DNA of 64,000 bases from the NCBI RefSeq assembly GCF_902652985.1, contig NC_047024.1:16864001-16928000 (forward strand), written 5' to 3'. The translations under genes were made by a program, and so were the position numbers. Positions 50,163 to 64,000 of the stretch are shown here, in pieces (positions within the stretch are counted from its first letter, which is position 1; every line of letters begins with the position of its first letter). Source of the DNA: Pecten maximus (Eukaryota). The notes beneath the pieces are model-generated. The model worked only from the letters and a program-made list of their open reading frames with translations, ran no database searches and was not told the DNA's origin.

Positions 50163-52500
50163 ACGGTCATACAGGTACAGTCATATATACAGGTATGGTC
50201 GTAAAGGTACAGTCATACATACAAGTACGGTCATACAGGCACAGTCATACACAGGTATTGCTATATAGGTACCGTCATACATACAGGTACAGCCATACAT
50301 ATAGGTACGGTCATACATACAGGTACAGTCATACATACAGGTACAGTCATACATACAAGTACAGTCATACATACAGGTACAATCATACATACAGGTACAG
50401 TCATACATATAGGTACAATCATACATACAGGTACAGTCATACATACAGGTACAGTCATACAGTTGCTGTCAGACATACAGGTACAGTCATACATACAGGT
50501 ACAGTCATACATATATGTATGGTTTTAGAGGTACTGTCAGACATACAGGTATAGCCATACATATAGGTACAGTCATACACACAGGTACAGTCATACATAC
50601 AGGTACACTCATACATACAGGTACAGTCATACATACAGGTACAGTCATACATACAGGTACAGTCATACAGTTGCTGTCAGATATACAGGTACGGTCATAC
50701 ATACAGGTACAGTCATACATACAGGTACGGTCATACATACAGGTACGGTCATACATACAGGTAAGGTTATACATACATGTATGATCATACATACAGGTAC
50801 AGTCATACATACAGGTAAGGTCATACATACAGGTAAGGTCATACATACAGGTAAGGTCATACATACAGGTACGGTCATACATACAGGTACAGTCATACAT
50901 ACAGGTACAGTCATACAGTTGCTGTCAGACATACAGGTACAGTCATACATACAGGTACAGTCATACATACAGGTACAGTCATACATACAGGTACAGTCAT
51001 ACATACAGGTACAGTCATACATACAGGTACGGTCATACATACAGGTACGGTCATACATACAGGTACGGTCATACATACAGGTACAGTCATACATACAGGT
51101 ACAGTTATACATACAGGTACAGTCATACATACAGGTACAGCCATACATATAGGTAGTCATACACACAAGTACAGTCATACATACAGGTACAGCCATACAT
51201 ATAGGTACAGTCATACACACAGGTACAGTCATACATACAGGTACAGTAATACATACAGGTACAATCATACATGCAGGTACAGTCATACATACAGGTACAG
51301 TCATACATACAATTGTACAGGTACAATCATACATGGATGTACAGTCATACATATAGGTACAGTCATATATACAGGTACAGTCATACATACAGGTAAAGTC
51401 ATACATACAGGTACAGTCATACATACAAGTACAGTCATACATATAGGTACAGTCATACATACAGGTACAGTCATACATACAGGTACAGTCATACATACAG
51501 GTACAATCATACATACAGGTACAGTCATACATACAGGTACAGTCATACATACAGGTACAGTCATACATACAGGAACAGTCATACATAGATACAGTCACAC
51601 ATACAGGTACAGTCATACATACAGGTACAGTCATACATACAGGTACAGCCCTACATATAGGTACAGTCATACATACAGGTACAGTCATACATACAGGTAC
51701 AGTCATACATACAGGTACAATCATACATGCAGGTACAGTCATACATACAGGTACGGTCATACGTACTGGTACGGTCATACATACAGGTAGTCATACATAC
51801 AGGTACAATCATACATACAGGTACAGCCATACATACAGGTACAGTCATACATACCGGTACAGTCATACATATATGTATGGTTTTAGAGGTACTGTCAGAC
51901 ATACAGGTATAGCCATACATATAGGTACAGTCATACACACAGGTACAGTCATACATACAGGTACAGTCATACATACAGGTACAGTCATACATACAGGTAC
52001 AGTCATACATACAGGTACAGTCATACACACAGGTACAGTCATACATACAAGTACAGTCATACATACAGGTATAGTCATACATACAGGTACAGTCATACAT
52101 ACAGGTAAACCCATACATACAGGTACAGTCATACATACCGGTACAGTCATACATATATGTATGGTTTTAGAGGTACAGTCATACATACATGTACAGTCAT
52201 ACATACAGGGACAGTCATACATATAGGAACAGTCATACATACAGGTACAGTCATACATACAGGTACAGTCATACATACAGGTACAATCATACATACAGGT
52301 ACAGTCATACATACAGGTACAGTTATACATACAGGTACAGTCATACATACAGGTACCGTCAAACATACAGGTACAGTAATACATATAGGTACAGTCATAC
52401 ATACAGGTACAGGCATACATACAGGTACAGTCATACATACAGGTACAATCATACATACAGGTATGGTTATAGAGGTACTGTCAGACGTACAGGTACAGCC
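50163..52500. repeat. 18-bp minisatellite with internal block duplications
   Basis: Unit tacaggtacagtcataca; interruption atatgtatggttttagagg recurs near 50513, 51871 and 52155. Confidence 0.98.
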
Positions 52501-53189
52501 ACCGACAAAACATAACAATAGTTCAAGTACATAGGTAAAAATAAAGGCTTCTTGATGCAGCGACAAGATTATGTAGATAACATCAACTTACTTTGCTAAT
52601 GGATTAAAGATAGCGATACAAATATTGGTATCCATTTTATGTTTGTAAAACAATGATAAGTTAGGAATTATAATAATGAATTAATAATTTAGGTAAATGT
52701 ACATTTTTTGATTTTGGAAAACAAGATTGCAAATCAGTGAAATAATAATTACATAATAATGTCGGACAATCAGAAGGGACTACATTCTGTACTCTCTTTT
52801 ACACAGCGATCTACTGCAGACTTTCCAAATGTTAATGGCTAACTTTCTAACAATACTTTTTGAAGAAGAAGTACATGTAATTGATTCTATGAAATTGAAC
52901 TTACACACTAGTGCACTGAGTAACAATGTTATATTCGTCATTTTCGTTGTAGTTAGGTGTCTTTTCAAGCAAACTTTACAAAACTTTTATGTATAGTCAG
53001 CACAGATGTAAACTAGAAGTTGTGAACCTTTGTTTATCTTAATGAACAAGTGTTGGGGATGGATAGAGTGGGAATTGGAGTGGATTTAGAAACAGAGGTA
53101 CTAGTTAGTCAATTATTGGCAACAGTTAAATTTCATCTGAATAAATCAGAAAATGGGTTGATTTGTTCTTTCCTTTGTGCAGACCAAGG

Positions 53190-56100
53190 TTATTACATGT
53201 AACATACGGTCACATGACCGTTATTTAAGATTTTAGAGTCACATCAGTCCAATGTTATTAATACGGTCACATGACCGATAGTTCAGGTTATAGTGTCACA
53301 TCAGTCCAATGTTATTACGTGTAACATACGGTCACATGACCGATAGTTCAGGTTATAGTGTCACATCAGTCCAATGTTATTGCGTGTAACATACGGTCAC
53401 ATGACCGATAGTTCAGGTTATAGTGTCACATCAGTCCAATGTTATTACGTGTAACATATGGTCACATGACCGATAGTTCAGGTTATAGTGTCACATCAGT
53501 CCAATGTTATTACGTGTAACATATGGTCACATGACCGATAGTTCAGATGATAGTGCCACATCAGTCCAATGTTATTACGTGTAACATACGGTCACATGAC
53601 CGATAGTTCAGGTTATAGTGTCACATCAGTCCAATGTTATTACGTGTAACATATGGTCACATGACCGATAGTTCAGGTTATAGTGTCACATCAGTCCAAT
53701 GTTATTACGTGTAACATACGGTCACATGACCGATAGTTCAGGTTATAGTGTCACATCAGTCCAATGTTATTACGTGTAACATATGGTCACATGACCGATA
53801 GTTCAGGTTATAGTGTCACATCAGTCCAATGTTATTACGTGTAACATATGGTCACATGACCGATAGTTCAGGTTATAGTGTCACATCAGTCCAATGTTAT
53901 TACGTGTAACATATGGTCACATGACCGATAGTTCAGGTTATAGTGTCACATCAGTCCAATGTTATAACGTGTAACATACGGTCACATGACCGATAGTTCA
54001 GATGATAGTGCCACATCAGTCCAATGTTATTACGTGTAACATATGATCACATGACCGATAGTTCAGGTTATAGTGTCACATCAGTCCAATGTTATTACGT
54101 GTAACATATGGTCACATGACCGATAGTTCAGGTTATAGTGTCACATCAGTCCAATGTTATTACGTGTAACATATGGTCACATGACCGATAGTTCAGGTTA
54201 TAGTGTCACATCAGTCCAATGTTATTACGTGTAACATACGGTCACATGACCGATAGTTCAGATGATAGTGCCACATCAGTCCAATGTTATTACGTGTAAC
54301 ATATGGTCACATGACCGATAGTTCAGGTTATAGTGTCACATCAGTCCAATGTTATTACGTGTAACATACGGTCACATGACCGATAGTTCAGATGATAGTG
54401 CCACATCAGTCCAATGTTATTACGTGTAACATATGGTCACATGACCGATAGTTCAGGTTATAGTGTCACATCAGTCCAATGTTATTACGTGTAACATATG
54501 GTCACATGACCGATAGTTCAGGTTATAGTGTCACATCAGTCCCAATGTTATTACGTGTAACATATGGTCACATGACCGATAGTTCAGGTTATAGTGTCAC
54601 ATCAGTCCAATGTTATTACGTGTAACATATGGTCACAAGACCAATAGTTCAGACTGTAGTGTCACTTCAGTCCAATGTTATTACGTGTAACATATGGTCA
54701 CATGACCGATAGTTCAGATGATAGTGCCACATCAGTCCAATGTTATTACGTGTAACATACGGTCACATGACCGATAGTTCAGGTTATAGTGTCACATCAG
54801 TCCAATGTTATTACGTGTAACATATGGTCACATGACCGATAGTTCAGGTTATAGTGTCACATCAGTCCAATGTTATTACGTGTAACATATGGTCACAAGA
54901 CCAATAGTTCAGACTGTAGTGTCACTTCAGTCCAATGTTATTACGTGTAACATATGGTCACATGACCGATAGTTCAGGTTATAGTGTCACATCAGTCCAA
55001 TGTTATTGCGTGTAACATACGGTCACATGACCGATAGTTCAGGTTATAGTGTCACATCAGTCCAATGTTATTACGTGTAACATATGGTCACATGACCGAT
55101 AGTTCAGGTTATAGTGTCACATCAGTCCAATGTTATTACGTGTAACATATGGTCACATGACCGATAGTTCAGATGATAGTGCCACATCAGTCCAATGTTA
55201 TTACGTGTAACATACGGTCACATGACCGATAGTTCAGGTTATAGTGTCACATCAGTCCAATGTTATTACGTGTAACATATGGTCACATGACCGATAGTTC
55301 AGGTTATAGTGTCACATCAGTCCAATGTTATTACGTGTAACATACGGTCACATGACCGATAGTTCAGGTTATAGTGTCACATCAGTCCAATGTTATTACG
55401 TGTAACATATGGTCACATGACCGATAGTTCAGGTTATAGTGTCACATCAGTCCAATGTTATTACGTGTAACATATGGTCACATGACCGATAGTTCAGGTT
55501 ATAGTGTCACATCAGTCCAATGTTATTACGTGTAACATATGGTCACATGACCGATAGTTCAGGTTATAGTGTCACATCAGTCCAATGTTATTACGTGTAA
55601 CATACGGTCACATGACCGATAGTTCAGATGATAGTGCCACATCAGTCCAATGTTATTACGTGTAACATACGGTCACATGACCGATAGTTCAGATGATAGT
55701 GCCACATCAGTCCAATGTTATTACGTGTAACATATGGTCACATGACCGATAGTTCAGGTTATAGTGTCACATCAGTCCAATGTTATTACGTGTAACATAC
55801 GGTCACATGACCGATAGTTCAGATGATAGTGCCACATCAGTCCAATGTTATTACGTGTAACATATGGTCACATGACCGATAGTTCAGGTTATAGTGTCAC
55901 ATCAGTCCAATGTTATTACGTGTAACATATGGTCACATGACCGATAGTTCAGGTTATAGTGTCACATCAGTCCAATGTTATTACGTGTAACATATGGTCA
56001 CATGACCGATAGTTCAGGTTATAGTGTCACATCAGTCCAATGTTATTACGTGTAACATATGGTCACAAGACCAATAGTTCAGACTGTAGTGTCACTTCAG

Positions 56101-56550
56101 TCCAATGTTATTACGTGTAACATATGGTCACATGACCGATAGTTCAGATGATAGTGCCACATCAGTCCAATGTTATTACGTTTAACATACCTGAACATGA
56201 CCGATAGTTCAGGTTATAGTGTCACATCAGTCCAATGTTATTACGTGTAACATACGGTCACATGACCGATAGTTCAGGTTATAGTGTCACATCAGTCCAA
56301 TGTTATTACGTGTAACATACGGTCACATGACCGATAGTTCAGGTTATAGTGTCACATCAGTCCAATGTTATTACATGTAACATACGGTCACATGACCGAT
56401 AGTTCAGAGTATAGTGTCACATCAGTCCAATGTTATTACGTGTAACATATGGTCACATGACCGATAGTTCAGGATATAGTGCCACATCAGTCCAATGTTA
56501 TTACATACGGCCACAAGACCAATAGTTCTGACTGTAGTGTCACATCAGAG
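53190..56550. repeat. 65-bp satellite, about 51 highly homogeneous copies
   Basis: Unit atgaccgatagttcaggttatagtgtcacatcagtccaatgttattacgtgtaacatatggtcac; period 65 (53401, 53466, 53531). Confidence 0.98.
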
Positions 56551-57509
56551 CAATCTTGTTACAAATGTTATATATTTACACTAAATTTATAAAATAATTT
56601 ATTATTTTATTCCAATCTATACATGTGAAATAAAATCTAGATCTAAATCTAGACCTAGTAAATTTGCAATATCACGTTGAGTTAAATCGAGAATATGGGC
56701 TACGACAGCGTACGTACTAGGTTTAGTATATTTGATTTAAAAATATATATATATATAAATACTAAGTAACTTTTAAAATCTAGTCGTTTTTGAAAATGAT
56801 GCACACAAAATAGCATCAAATTCTTACCATTGTGAAGACGGATTTTATGAGTTCAACATCCCTTCCATCGATGACAAATGAACAAGAGAAAACACTGGTC
56901 AGTAATTAGTCACGGCACGGTGAACTTACCACTCATCGTGTTTGCTTAAAATCGACCATGCATACCTGATACTATTTGAATCAATATAGACTAAAAGTAA
57001 ATCTGAACACAGGTGAACGTTGTTTATTTCACATCTGATTACATTTCACACCTCAGCGGGATATGCAAAGAAAAGAAAATAGGGGAATTTGATAAATCCC
57101 TAGTGTTCCGAGTGCAATTGTATCGAGAATTCCGAACGGAGTTTTCCGATTGTAAATGAGGAAAAGACATTTCTTAAAAAGTAGTTTAGGGCGAAATTAA
57201 AATGGGGCGAATATCGTTTGTGTTGCTCAAGGGCGAAAATACCAGGTTTACAGTATTACAGCCCAGCTGTGTCTGTGGTATTGACAACAATGTAACCATT
57301 GAAATCAAACAAATATATTTCAGAATTGCAGATACTGTAGAATTGTTAAATCAAATCACATACAAGACAATGTTTTTTTGCTTCTTGATTATAATGGCTA
57401 GTTATATTAGTTGTTATGATACATCGAACTCTGTGGTTAATATTGCGGTCAATCGTACAGCCAGACAATAATTGCGACTTTTCAACAATGTCAATATAAT
57501 ATCATTAAA

Positions 57510-60500
57510 TCAGGACAATGTCACTACAAAAGGTCATAAAACATTAAAATAATCAGGACAATGTCACTACAAAAGGTCATAAAACATTAAAATAATCAGG
57601 ACAATGTCACTACAAAAGGTCATAAAACATTAAAATAATCAGTACAACATCAAGACAATGTCACTACAAAAGGTCATAAAACATTAAAATAATCAGGACA
57701 ATGTTACTACAAAAGGTCATAAAACATTAAAATAATCAGGACAATGTCACTACAAAAGGTCATAAAACATTAAAATAATCAGTACAACATCAGGACAATG
57801 TCACTACAAAAGTTAATACAACATCAGGACAATGTCAGAACAAAAGTTATTACAACATTAGGACAATGTCAGAACAAAAGTTATTACAACATTAGGACAA
57901 TGTCAGAACAAAAGTTAATACAACATCAGGACAATGTCAGAACAAAAGTTAATACAACATCAGGACAATGTCAGAACAAAAGTTATTACAACATTAGGAC
58001 AATGTCAGAACAAAAGTTATTACAACATTAGGACAATGTCAGAACAAAAGTTATTACAACATTAGGACAATGTCAGAACAAAAGTTATTACAACATTAGG
58101 ACAATGTCAGAACAAAAGTTAATACAACATCAGGACAATGTCAGAACAAAAGTTATTACAACATCAGGACAATGTCAGAACAAAAGTTATTACAACATTA
58201 GGACAATGTCAGAACAAAAGTTAATACAACATCAGGACAATGTCAGAACAAAAGTTAATACAACATCAGGACAATGTCAGAACAAAAGTTATTACAACAT
58301 CAGGACAATGTCAGAACAAAAGTTATTACAACATTAGGACAATGTCAGAACAAAAGTTATTACAACATTAGGACAATGTCAGAACAAAAGTTATTACAAC
58401 ATTAGGACATTGTCAGAACAAAAGTTATTACAACATTAGGACAATGTCAGAACAAAAGTTATTACAACATTAGGACAATGTCAGAACAAAAGTTATTACA
58501 ACATTAGGACAATGTCAGAACAAAAGTTAATACAACATCAGGACAATGTCAGAACAAAAGTTATTACAACATCAGGACAATGTCAGAACAAAAGTTAATA
58601 CAACATCAGGACAATGTCAGAACAAAAGTTATTACAACATTAGGACAATGTCAGAACAAAAGTTATTACAACATTAGGACAATGTCAGAACAAAAGTTAT
58701 TACAACATTAGGACAATGTCAGAACAAAAGTTATTACAACATTAGGACAATGTCAGAACAAAAGTTAATACAACATCAGGACAATGTCAGAACAAAAGTT
58801 ATTACAACATTAGGACAATGTCAGAACAAAAGTTATTACAACATTAGGACAATGTCAGAACAAAAGTTAATACAACATTAGGACAATGTCAGAACAAAAG
58901 TTATTACAACATTAGGACAATGTCAGAACAAAAGTTAATACAACATTAGGACAATGTCAATACAAAAGTTAATACAACATTAGGACAATGTCAGAACAAA
59001 AGTTATTACAACATTAGGACAATGTCAGAACAAAAGTTATTACAACATTAGGACAATGTCAGAACAAAAGTTAATACAACATTAGGACAATGTCACTACA
59101 AAAGTTAATACAACATTAGGACAATGTCAGAACAAAAGTTATTACAACATTAGGACAATGTCAGAACAAAAGTTAATACAACATCAGGACAATGTCAGAA
59201 CAAAAGTTATTACAACATCAGGACAATGTCAGAACAAAAGTTAATACAACATCAGGACAATGTCAGAACAAAAGTTATTACAACATTAGGACAATGTCAG
59301 AACAAAAGTTATTACAACATTAGGACAATGTCAGAACAAAAGTTATAACAACATTAGGACAATGTCAGAACAAAAGTTATTACAACATTAGGACAATGTC
59401 AGAACAAAAGTTATTACAACATTAGGACAATGTCAGAACAAAAGTTAATACAACATCAGGACAATGTCAGAACAAAAGTTATTACAACATTAGGACAATG
59501 TCAAAACAAAAGTTATTACAACATTAGGACAATGTCAGAACAAAAGTTATTACAACATTAGGACAATGTCAGAACAAAAGTTAATACAACATTAGGACAA
59601 TGTCAGAACAAAAGTTATTACAACATTAGGACAATGTCAGAACAAAAGTTATTACAACATTAGGACAATGTCAGAACAAAAGTTAATACAACATCAGGAC
59701 AATGTCAGAACAAAAGTTATTACAACATTAGGACAATGTCAGAACAAAAGTTATTACAACATTAGGACAATGTCAGAACAAAAGTTAATACAACATCAGG
59801 ACAATGTCAGAACAAAAGTTATTACAACATTAGGACAATGTCAGAACAAAAGTTATTACAACATTAGGACAATGTCAGAACAAAAGTTATTACAACATTA
59901 GGACAATGTCAGAACAAAAGTTAATACAACATTAGGACAATGTCAGAACAAAAGTTATTACAACATTAGGACAATGTCAGAACAAAAGTTAATACAACAT
60001 TAGGACAATGTCACTACAAAAGTTAATACAACATTAGGACAATGTCAGAACAAAAGTTATTACAACATTAGGACAATGTCAGAACAAAAGTTAATACAAC
60101 ATTAGGACAATGTCACTACAAAAGTTAATACAACATTAGGACAATGTCAGAACAAAAGTTATTACAACATTAGGACAATGTCAGAACAAAAGTTATTACA
60201 ACATTAGAAAAATGTCGGTACAATGGTTAATACATTATCAGGACAATGTCCGTACCAAAAGTGTTACATCATCAGGACAATGTCGGTTCCAAAAGTGTTA
60301 CATCATCAGGACAATGTCAGTGCACTGTCAGAACAAAAGTTATTACAACATTAGGACAATGTCAGAACAAAAGTTAATACAACATTAGGACAATGTCAGA
60401 ACAAAAGTTATTACAACATTAGGACAATGTCAGAACAAAAGTTATTACAACATTAGGACAATGTCAGAACAAAAGTTAATACAACATCAGGACAATGTCA

Positions 60501-61370
60501 GAACAAAAGTTATTACAACATTAGGACAATGTCAGAACAAAAGTTATTACAACATTAGGACAATGTCAGAACAAAAGTTAATACAACATCAGGACAATGT
60601 CAGAACAAAAGTTATTACAACATTAGGACAATGTCAGAACAAAAGTTATTACAACATTAGGACAATGTCAGAACAAAAGTTATTACAACATTAGGACAAT
60701 GTCAGAACAAAAGTTAATACAACATTAGGACAATGTCAGAACAAAAGTTATTACAACATTAGGACAATGTCAGAACAAAAGTTAATACAACATTAGGACA
60801 ATGTCACTACAAAAGTTAATACAACATTAGGACAATGTCAGAACAAAAGTTATTACAACATTAGGACAATGTCAGAACAAAAGTTAATACAACATTAGGA
60901 CAATGTCACTACAAAAGTTAATACAACATTAGGACAATGTCAGAACAAAAGTTATTACAACATTAGGACAATGTCAGAACAAAAGTTATTACAACATTAG
61001 AAAAATGTCGGTACAATGGTTAATACATTATCAGGACAATGTCCGTACCAAAAGTGTTACATCATCAGGACAATGTCGGTTCCAAAAGTGTTACATCATC
61101 AGGACAATGTCAGTGCACTGTCAGAACAAAAGTTAATACAACATCAGGACATGCACAATGTCAATACAAATGCTGATACAACATTAAGACAATGTCAGTA
61201 CAATGGTTAATATATTAGGACAAATACAGTACAAAACTTGATACAACATTAGGACAATGTCAGAAAAAAATTAATACAAAATTAGAAAAAAGTCAGTACA
61301 ATAGTTAATACCTCAAGACAATGTCAGTACAAATGTCAATGCAACATTATGACAATGTCAGTGCAAAAAG
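57510..61370. repeat. 34-bp satellite (43-bp variant at the left edge, degenerate right edge)
   Basis: Unit ggacaatgtcagaacaaaagttattacaacatta; 793-bp internal duplication. Confidence 0.98.
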
Positions 61371-61621
61371 TTCATTTATGATCAGAGTAGATTGAGTTAT
61401 GGAGTTATAAACACAAAATATATTCAAGTTAATCATTATAATGTAATCTATACCCTGCAAAAATGGATTTATTGATTGACTCTAATCTCTACAAATCATT
61501 CCGCTGCTCCATCCGCCAATCAGAAGCGACGTTATAAATGGCGATGCCATGTTTTACGTTATGGACTGATAACATAAATTTCTAAGCGAATGAAAATGCT
61601 TGTTACAACCAAGATTAAATC

Positions 61622-62862
61622 AACAAGAGGCCCAATGGGCCTGTATCGCTCACCTGGCTCTAGAGCAAATTTGCAGTTGATTGAGGTCGTTTCTACAGAT
61701 ACTATGCTGATAACAACTTTATTCAAATATCAGAGTAAGCTAAGTTTATTCATGTCAATATATATTTTTTAGTCCTTCATTCCAGCATACTATTGGCCTA
61801 AGATCGGGTCTTGGCTCTTGGCTCTAAGCATGCTACAGACAGGCCCAATATCAAGTCCCTGGGCCTCTTGGTTATTGAGAAGTCTTTTAAAGATTTTAAC
61901 CTATTTGAACCATGTGACCTTGAATGAAGGTCAAGGTCATCTATTTGAACAAACTTGGTAGCCCTTCACCCAAGCATGCTACAGGCCCAATATCAAGTCC
62001 CTGGGCCTCTTGGTTATTGAGAAGAAGTCGTTTGAATATTATAACCTATTTGACCCATGTGACCTTGAATGGAGGTCAAGGTCATTTATTTTAACAAACT
62101 TGGTAGCCCTTCACCCCAGCATGCTACAGGCCCAATATCAAGTCCCTGTGCCTCTTGGTTATTGAGAAGAAGTCGTTTGAAGATTATAGCCTATTTGACC
62201 CATGTGACCTTGAATGAAGGTCAAGGTCATTTATTTTAACAAACTTTGTAGCCCTTCACCCCAGCATGCTACAGGCCCAATATCAAGTCCCTGTGCCTCT
62301 TGGTTATTGAGAAGAAGTCGTTTGAAGATTATAGCCTATTTGACCCATGTGACCTTAAATGAAGGTCAAGGTCATTTATTTTAACAAACTTTGTAGCCCT
62401 TCACCCCAGCATGCTACAAGCCAAATATCAAGTCCCTGGACCTCTTGGTTATTGAGAAGAAGTTGTTTGAAGATTATAACCTATTTGTCCCATGTGACCT
62501 TGAGTGAAGGTCAAGGTCATTTATTTTAACAAACTTGGTAGCCCTTCACCCCAGCATGCTACAGGCCCAATATCAAATCCCTGGGGCTTTTAGTTATTGA
62601 GAAGAAGTCGTTTGAAGATTATAGCGTATTTGACCCCTGTGACCTTGAATGAAGGTCAAAGTAATCTATTTTAACAAACTTGGTAGCCCTTCACCCCAGC
62701 ATACTACAGGCCCAATATGAAGTTCCTGGGTCTCTTGGTTATTGAGAAGAAGTTGTTTAAATGAAAAAGTTGACGCCGGACGGACGGCCGGACAGACGGA
62801 CGGACGACGGACGCCGCACCATGGCATAAGCTCACTTTCCCTTCAGGCAGGTGAGCTAATAA
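61622..62862 (-). mobile_element. Complete pearl/CvA/HINE-type (Helentron-associated) non-autonomous element with 145-bp core tandem repeats
   Basis: Minus strand: tattagctcacctg..gtgagct head, (gtcc)n microsatellite, about 6.5 x 145-bp repeats, 3' caggtgagcgatacaggcccattgggcctcttgtt (subterminal IR plus palindrome). Confidence 0.9.
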
Positions 62863-62902
62863 CACCATAAAATTATGATTTCACAGGCAGTGACGTGACC
62901 AC

Positions 62903-63157
62903 CTAGTCTAACCCAACGTTGCGAGTCTGTTGGGTGACAGCTTGTCTGGTACCATCTGTTGCCTGAAATTCTTTTGTTACCCGATCACTGCAGGATCGGA
63001 TAACTGAAAAAGAGAAAGCGATGTCGTCTAAGTTTGTGCGCTCAGCACAAATAGCCAGTCTGAGGGTGTAGATGTTATGAACAATGGCTGGTATGAGGTA
63101 GATACGGCCGTCCTGTAGAATCTCCTGGAGCAGTCGCTCTGTCCGGCTATTGCTACC
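62903..63157 (-). CDS. DDC: Aromatic-L-amino-acid decarboxylase-like (group II PLP decarboxylase), last coding exon
   Basis: ttacag|GSNSRTERLLQEILQDGRIYLIPA...YTLRLAICAERT...*; resembles the DDC C-terminus (GSN..NE.LL..I...IHLVP...LR.AIC). Tdc or Hdc paralogy is not excluded. Confidence 0.85.
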   Translation of the reverse strand, partial: GSNSRTERLLQEILQDGRIYLIPAIVHNIYTLRLAICAERTNLDDIAFSFSVIRSCSDRVTKEFQATDGTRQAVTQQTRNVGLD

Positions 63158-63563
63158 CTGTAATGACAGACTTAATGAGATTTCATTGCGATTCATAATA
63201 CATGGATTTGTAACCAATATGATAGGAACATTGTCACCCTCTCAATCATTAAAAAAATACAGAACATTCCATGACGTTATTGACTTTACTTTGACTACGA
63301 ATTGTTCATTTAAAATCCTTAGACATGATGGGGTTTTTTTCAATTTCAGCAATTGCTTGTAAATTAATGTGAAGACACTTAAAAATCGCAGTGGGAAATG
63401 AACGCTGCCGCTTTGCTATCATTATCATGCGGATTCATATACTTAGAATTCATTTTATTTGCAGTTGATTGTCATAAAAATGTCAATGTTTTTTTCGTGA
63501 TTGTTTATGGATATATGAAACAAACTTCTTCGATATACCTGTATCAATTTAAGGTTAACTTAC

Positions 63564-63665
63564 TTTTAGTCTAAAACACACCAGCCCCATTATAACGTCT
63601 CCTACAACCTCGAATCGAGTGTCGTTTAGTAGCATCTGCTCAAACTCCTTTGCCAGATGCACATG
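63564..63665 (-). CDS. DDC: Aromatic-L-amino-acid decarboxylase-like, penultimate coding exon
   Basis: ttttag|HVHLAKEFEQMLLNDTRFEVVGDVIMGLVCFRLK|gtaagt; 102 nt, phase 0/0; GLVCFRLK motif. Confidence 0.92.
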
Positions 63666-63889
63666 CTAAAATTAAAATATATGTTTATATATATGTTTTA
63701 CACTAGGTACAAATGTGTTATGTACAAATGTATTGAAATCAAATGGGGATATACATACTCATGATAAGAGCAAAAATATAATGTAAGACCAGATGTTAGA
63801 TAGTAATAGTTACGAACACTAGAGTACTTAACATTTGTATGGACATATATACACTATACATGATTTAAGGATTGAATCTTGATTTGGTC

Positions 63890-64000
63890 GATTTCATGGG
63901 GTCATGTATTGAGTTGCTCTTGAGACAAATTTAATGAACTGCGAAGCAGTTCATGTTGAATTTGTCTCAAGAGCAACTCAATTCATGACCCCATGAAATC
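63890..64000. repeat. Near-perfect palindrome of about 110 bp, probably the head of a hairpin-type element, truncated by the window end
   Basis: gatttcatggggtcatg..ttgagttgctcttgagacaaatt..tgaactgc GAA gcagttca..aatttgtctcaagagcaactcaa..catgaccccatgaaatc. Confidence 0.85.

Noticed and set aside
50033-52566. MYDCTC / YRYSHT / HTGTVI repeat ORFs that look metallothionein-like
   Set aside because: The 18-bp satellite is open in most frames and has frame-breaking indels; no coding signature.
57180-57256. gggcgaaa motifs ending in tttacagta, like a TA-MITE right end
   Set aside because: No matching left TIR was found.
53190-61370. Possible CRISPR-like arrays
   Set aside because: Head-to-tail monomers without unique spacers, no cas genes and a eukaryotic context.

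Overview
AT-rich animal genomic DNA, most likely from a bivalve mollusc. That call is inferred from pearl/HINE-type elements and tRNA-derived SINEs. (1) Bases 1-46860 (+) hold the 3' part of a large multi-exon gene. I traced 29 GT-AG exons with consistent phases, giving about 1925 codons; the 5' end lies outside the window. The protein has about 15 tandem FN3-like modules (W-x-x-F-x-D-x-E-S-G-I...N-x-A-G-L...S-D-G-x-x-x-D-x-T-P-P), a 6-Cys motif, a galactose-binding-like (CBM4/9 or DUF642-like) domain and no C-terminal membrane anchor. The model includes a candidate 15-nt microexon and one +1 frameshift in a T5 run. (2) Bases 62903-63665 (-) hold the last two coding exons of a convergent aromatic-L-amino-acid (DOPA) decarboxylase-like gene. 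(3) Introns and the intergenic region are filled with minisatellites, non-autonomous DNA elements, SINEs, a CR1/L2-type LINE remnant and a DIRS-type tyrosine-recombinase remnant. The most unusual pattern is that several intronic tandem repeats are copies of the preceding exon end plus its 5' splice donor. Most long ORFs in the supplied track are tandem-repeat artefacts.
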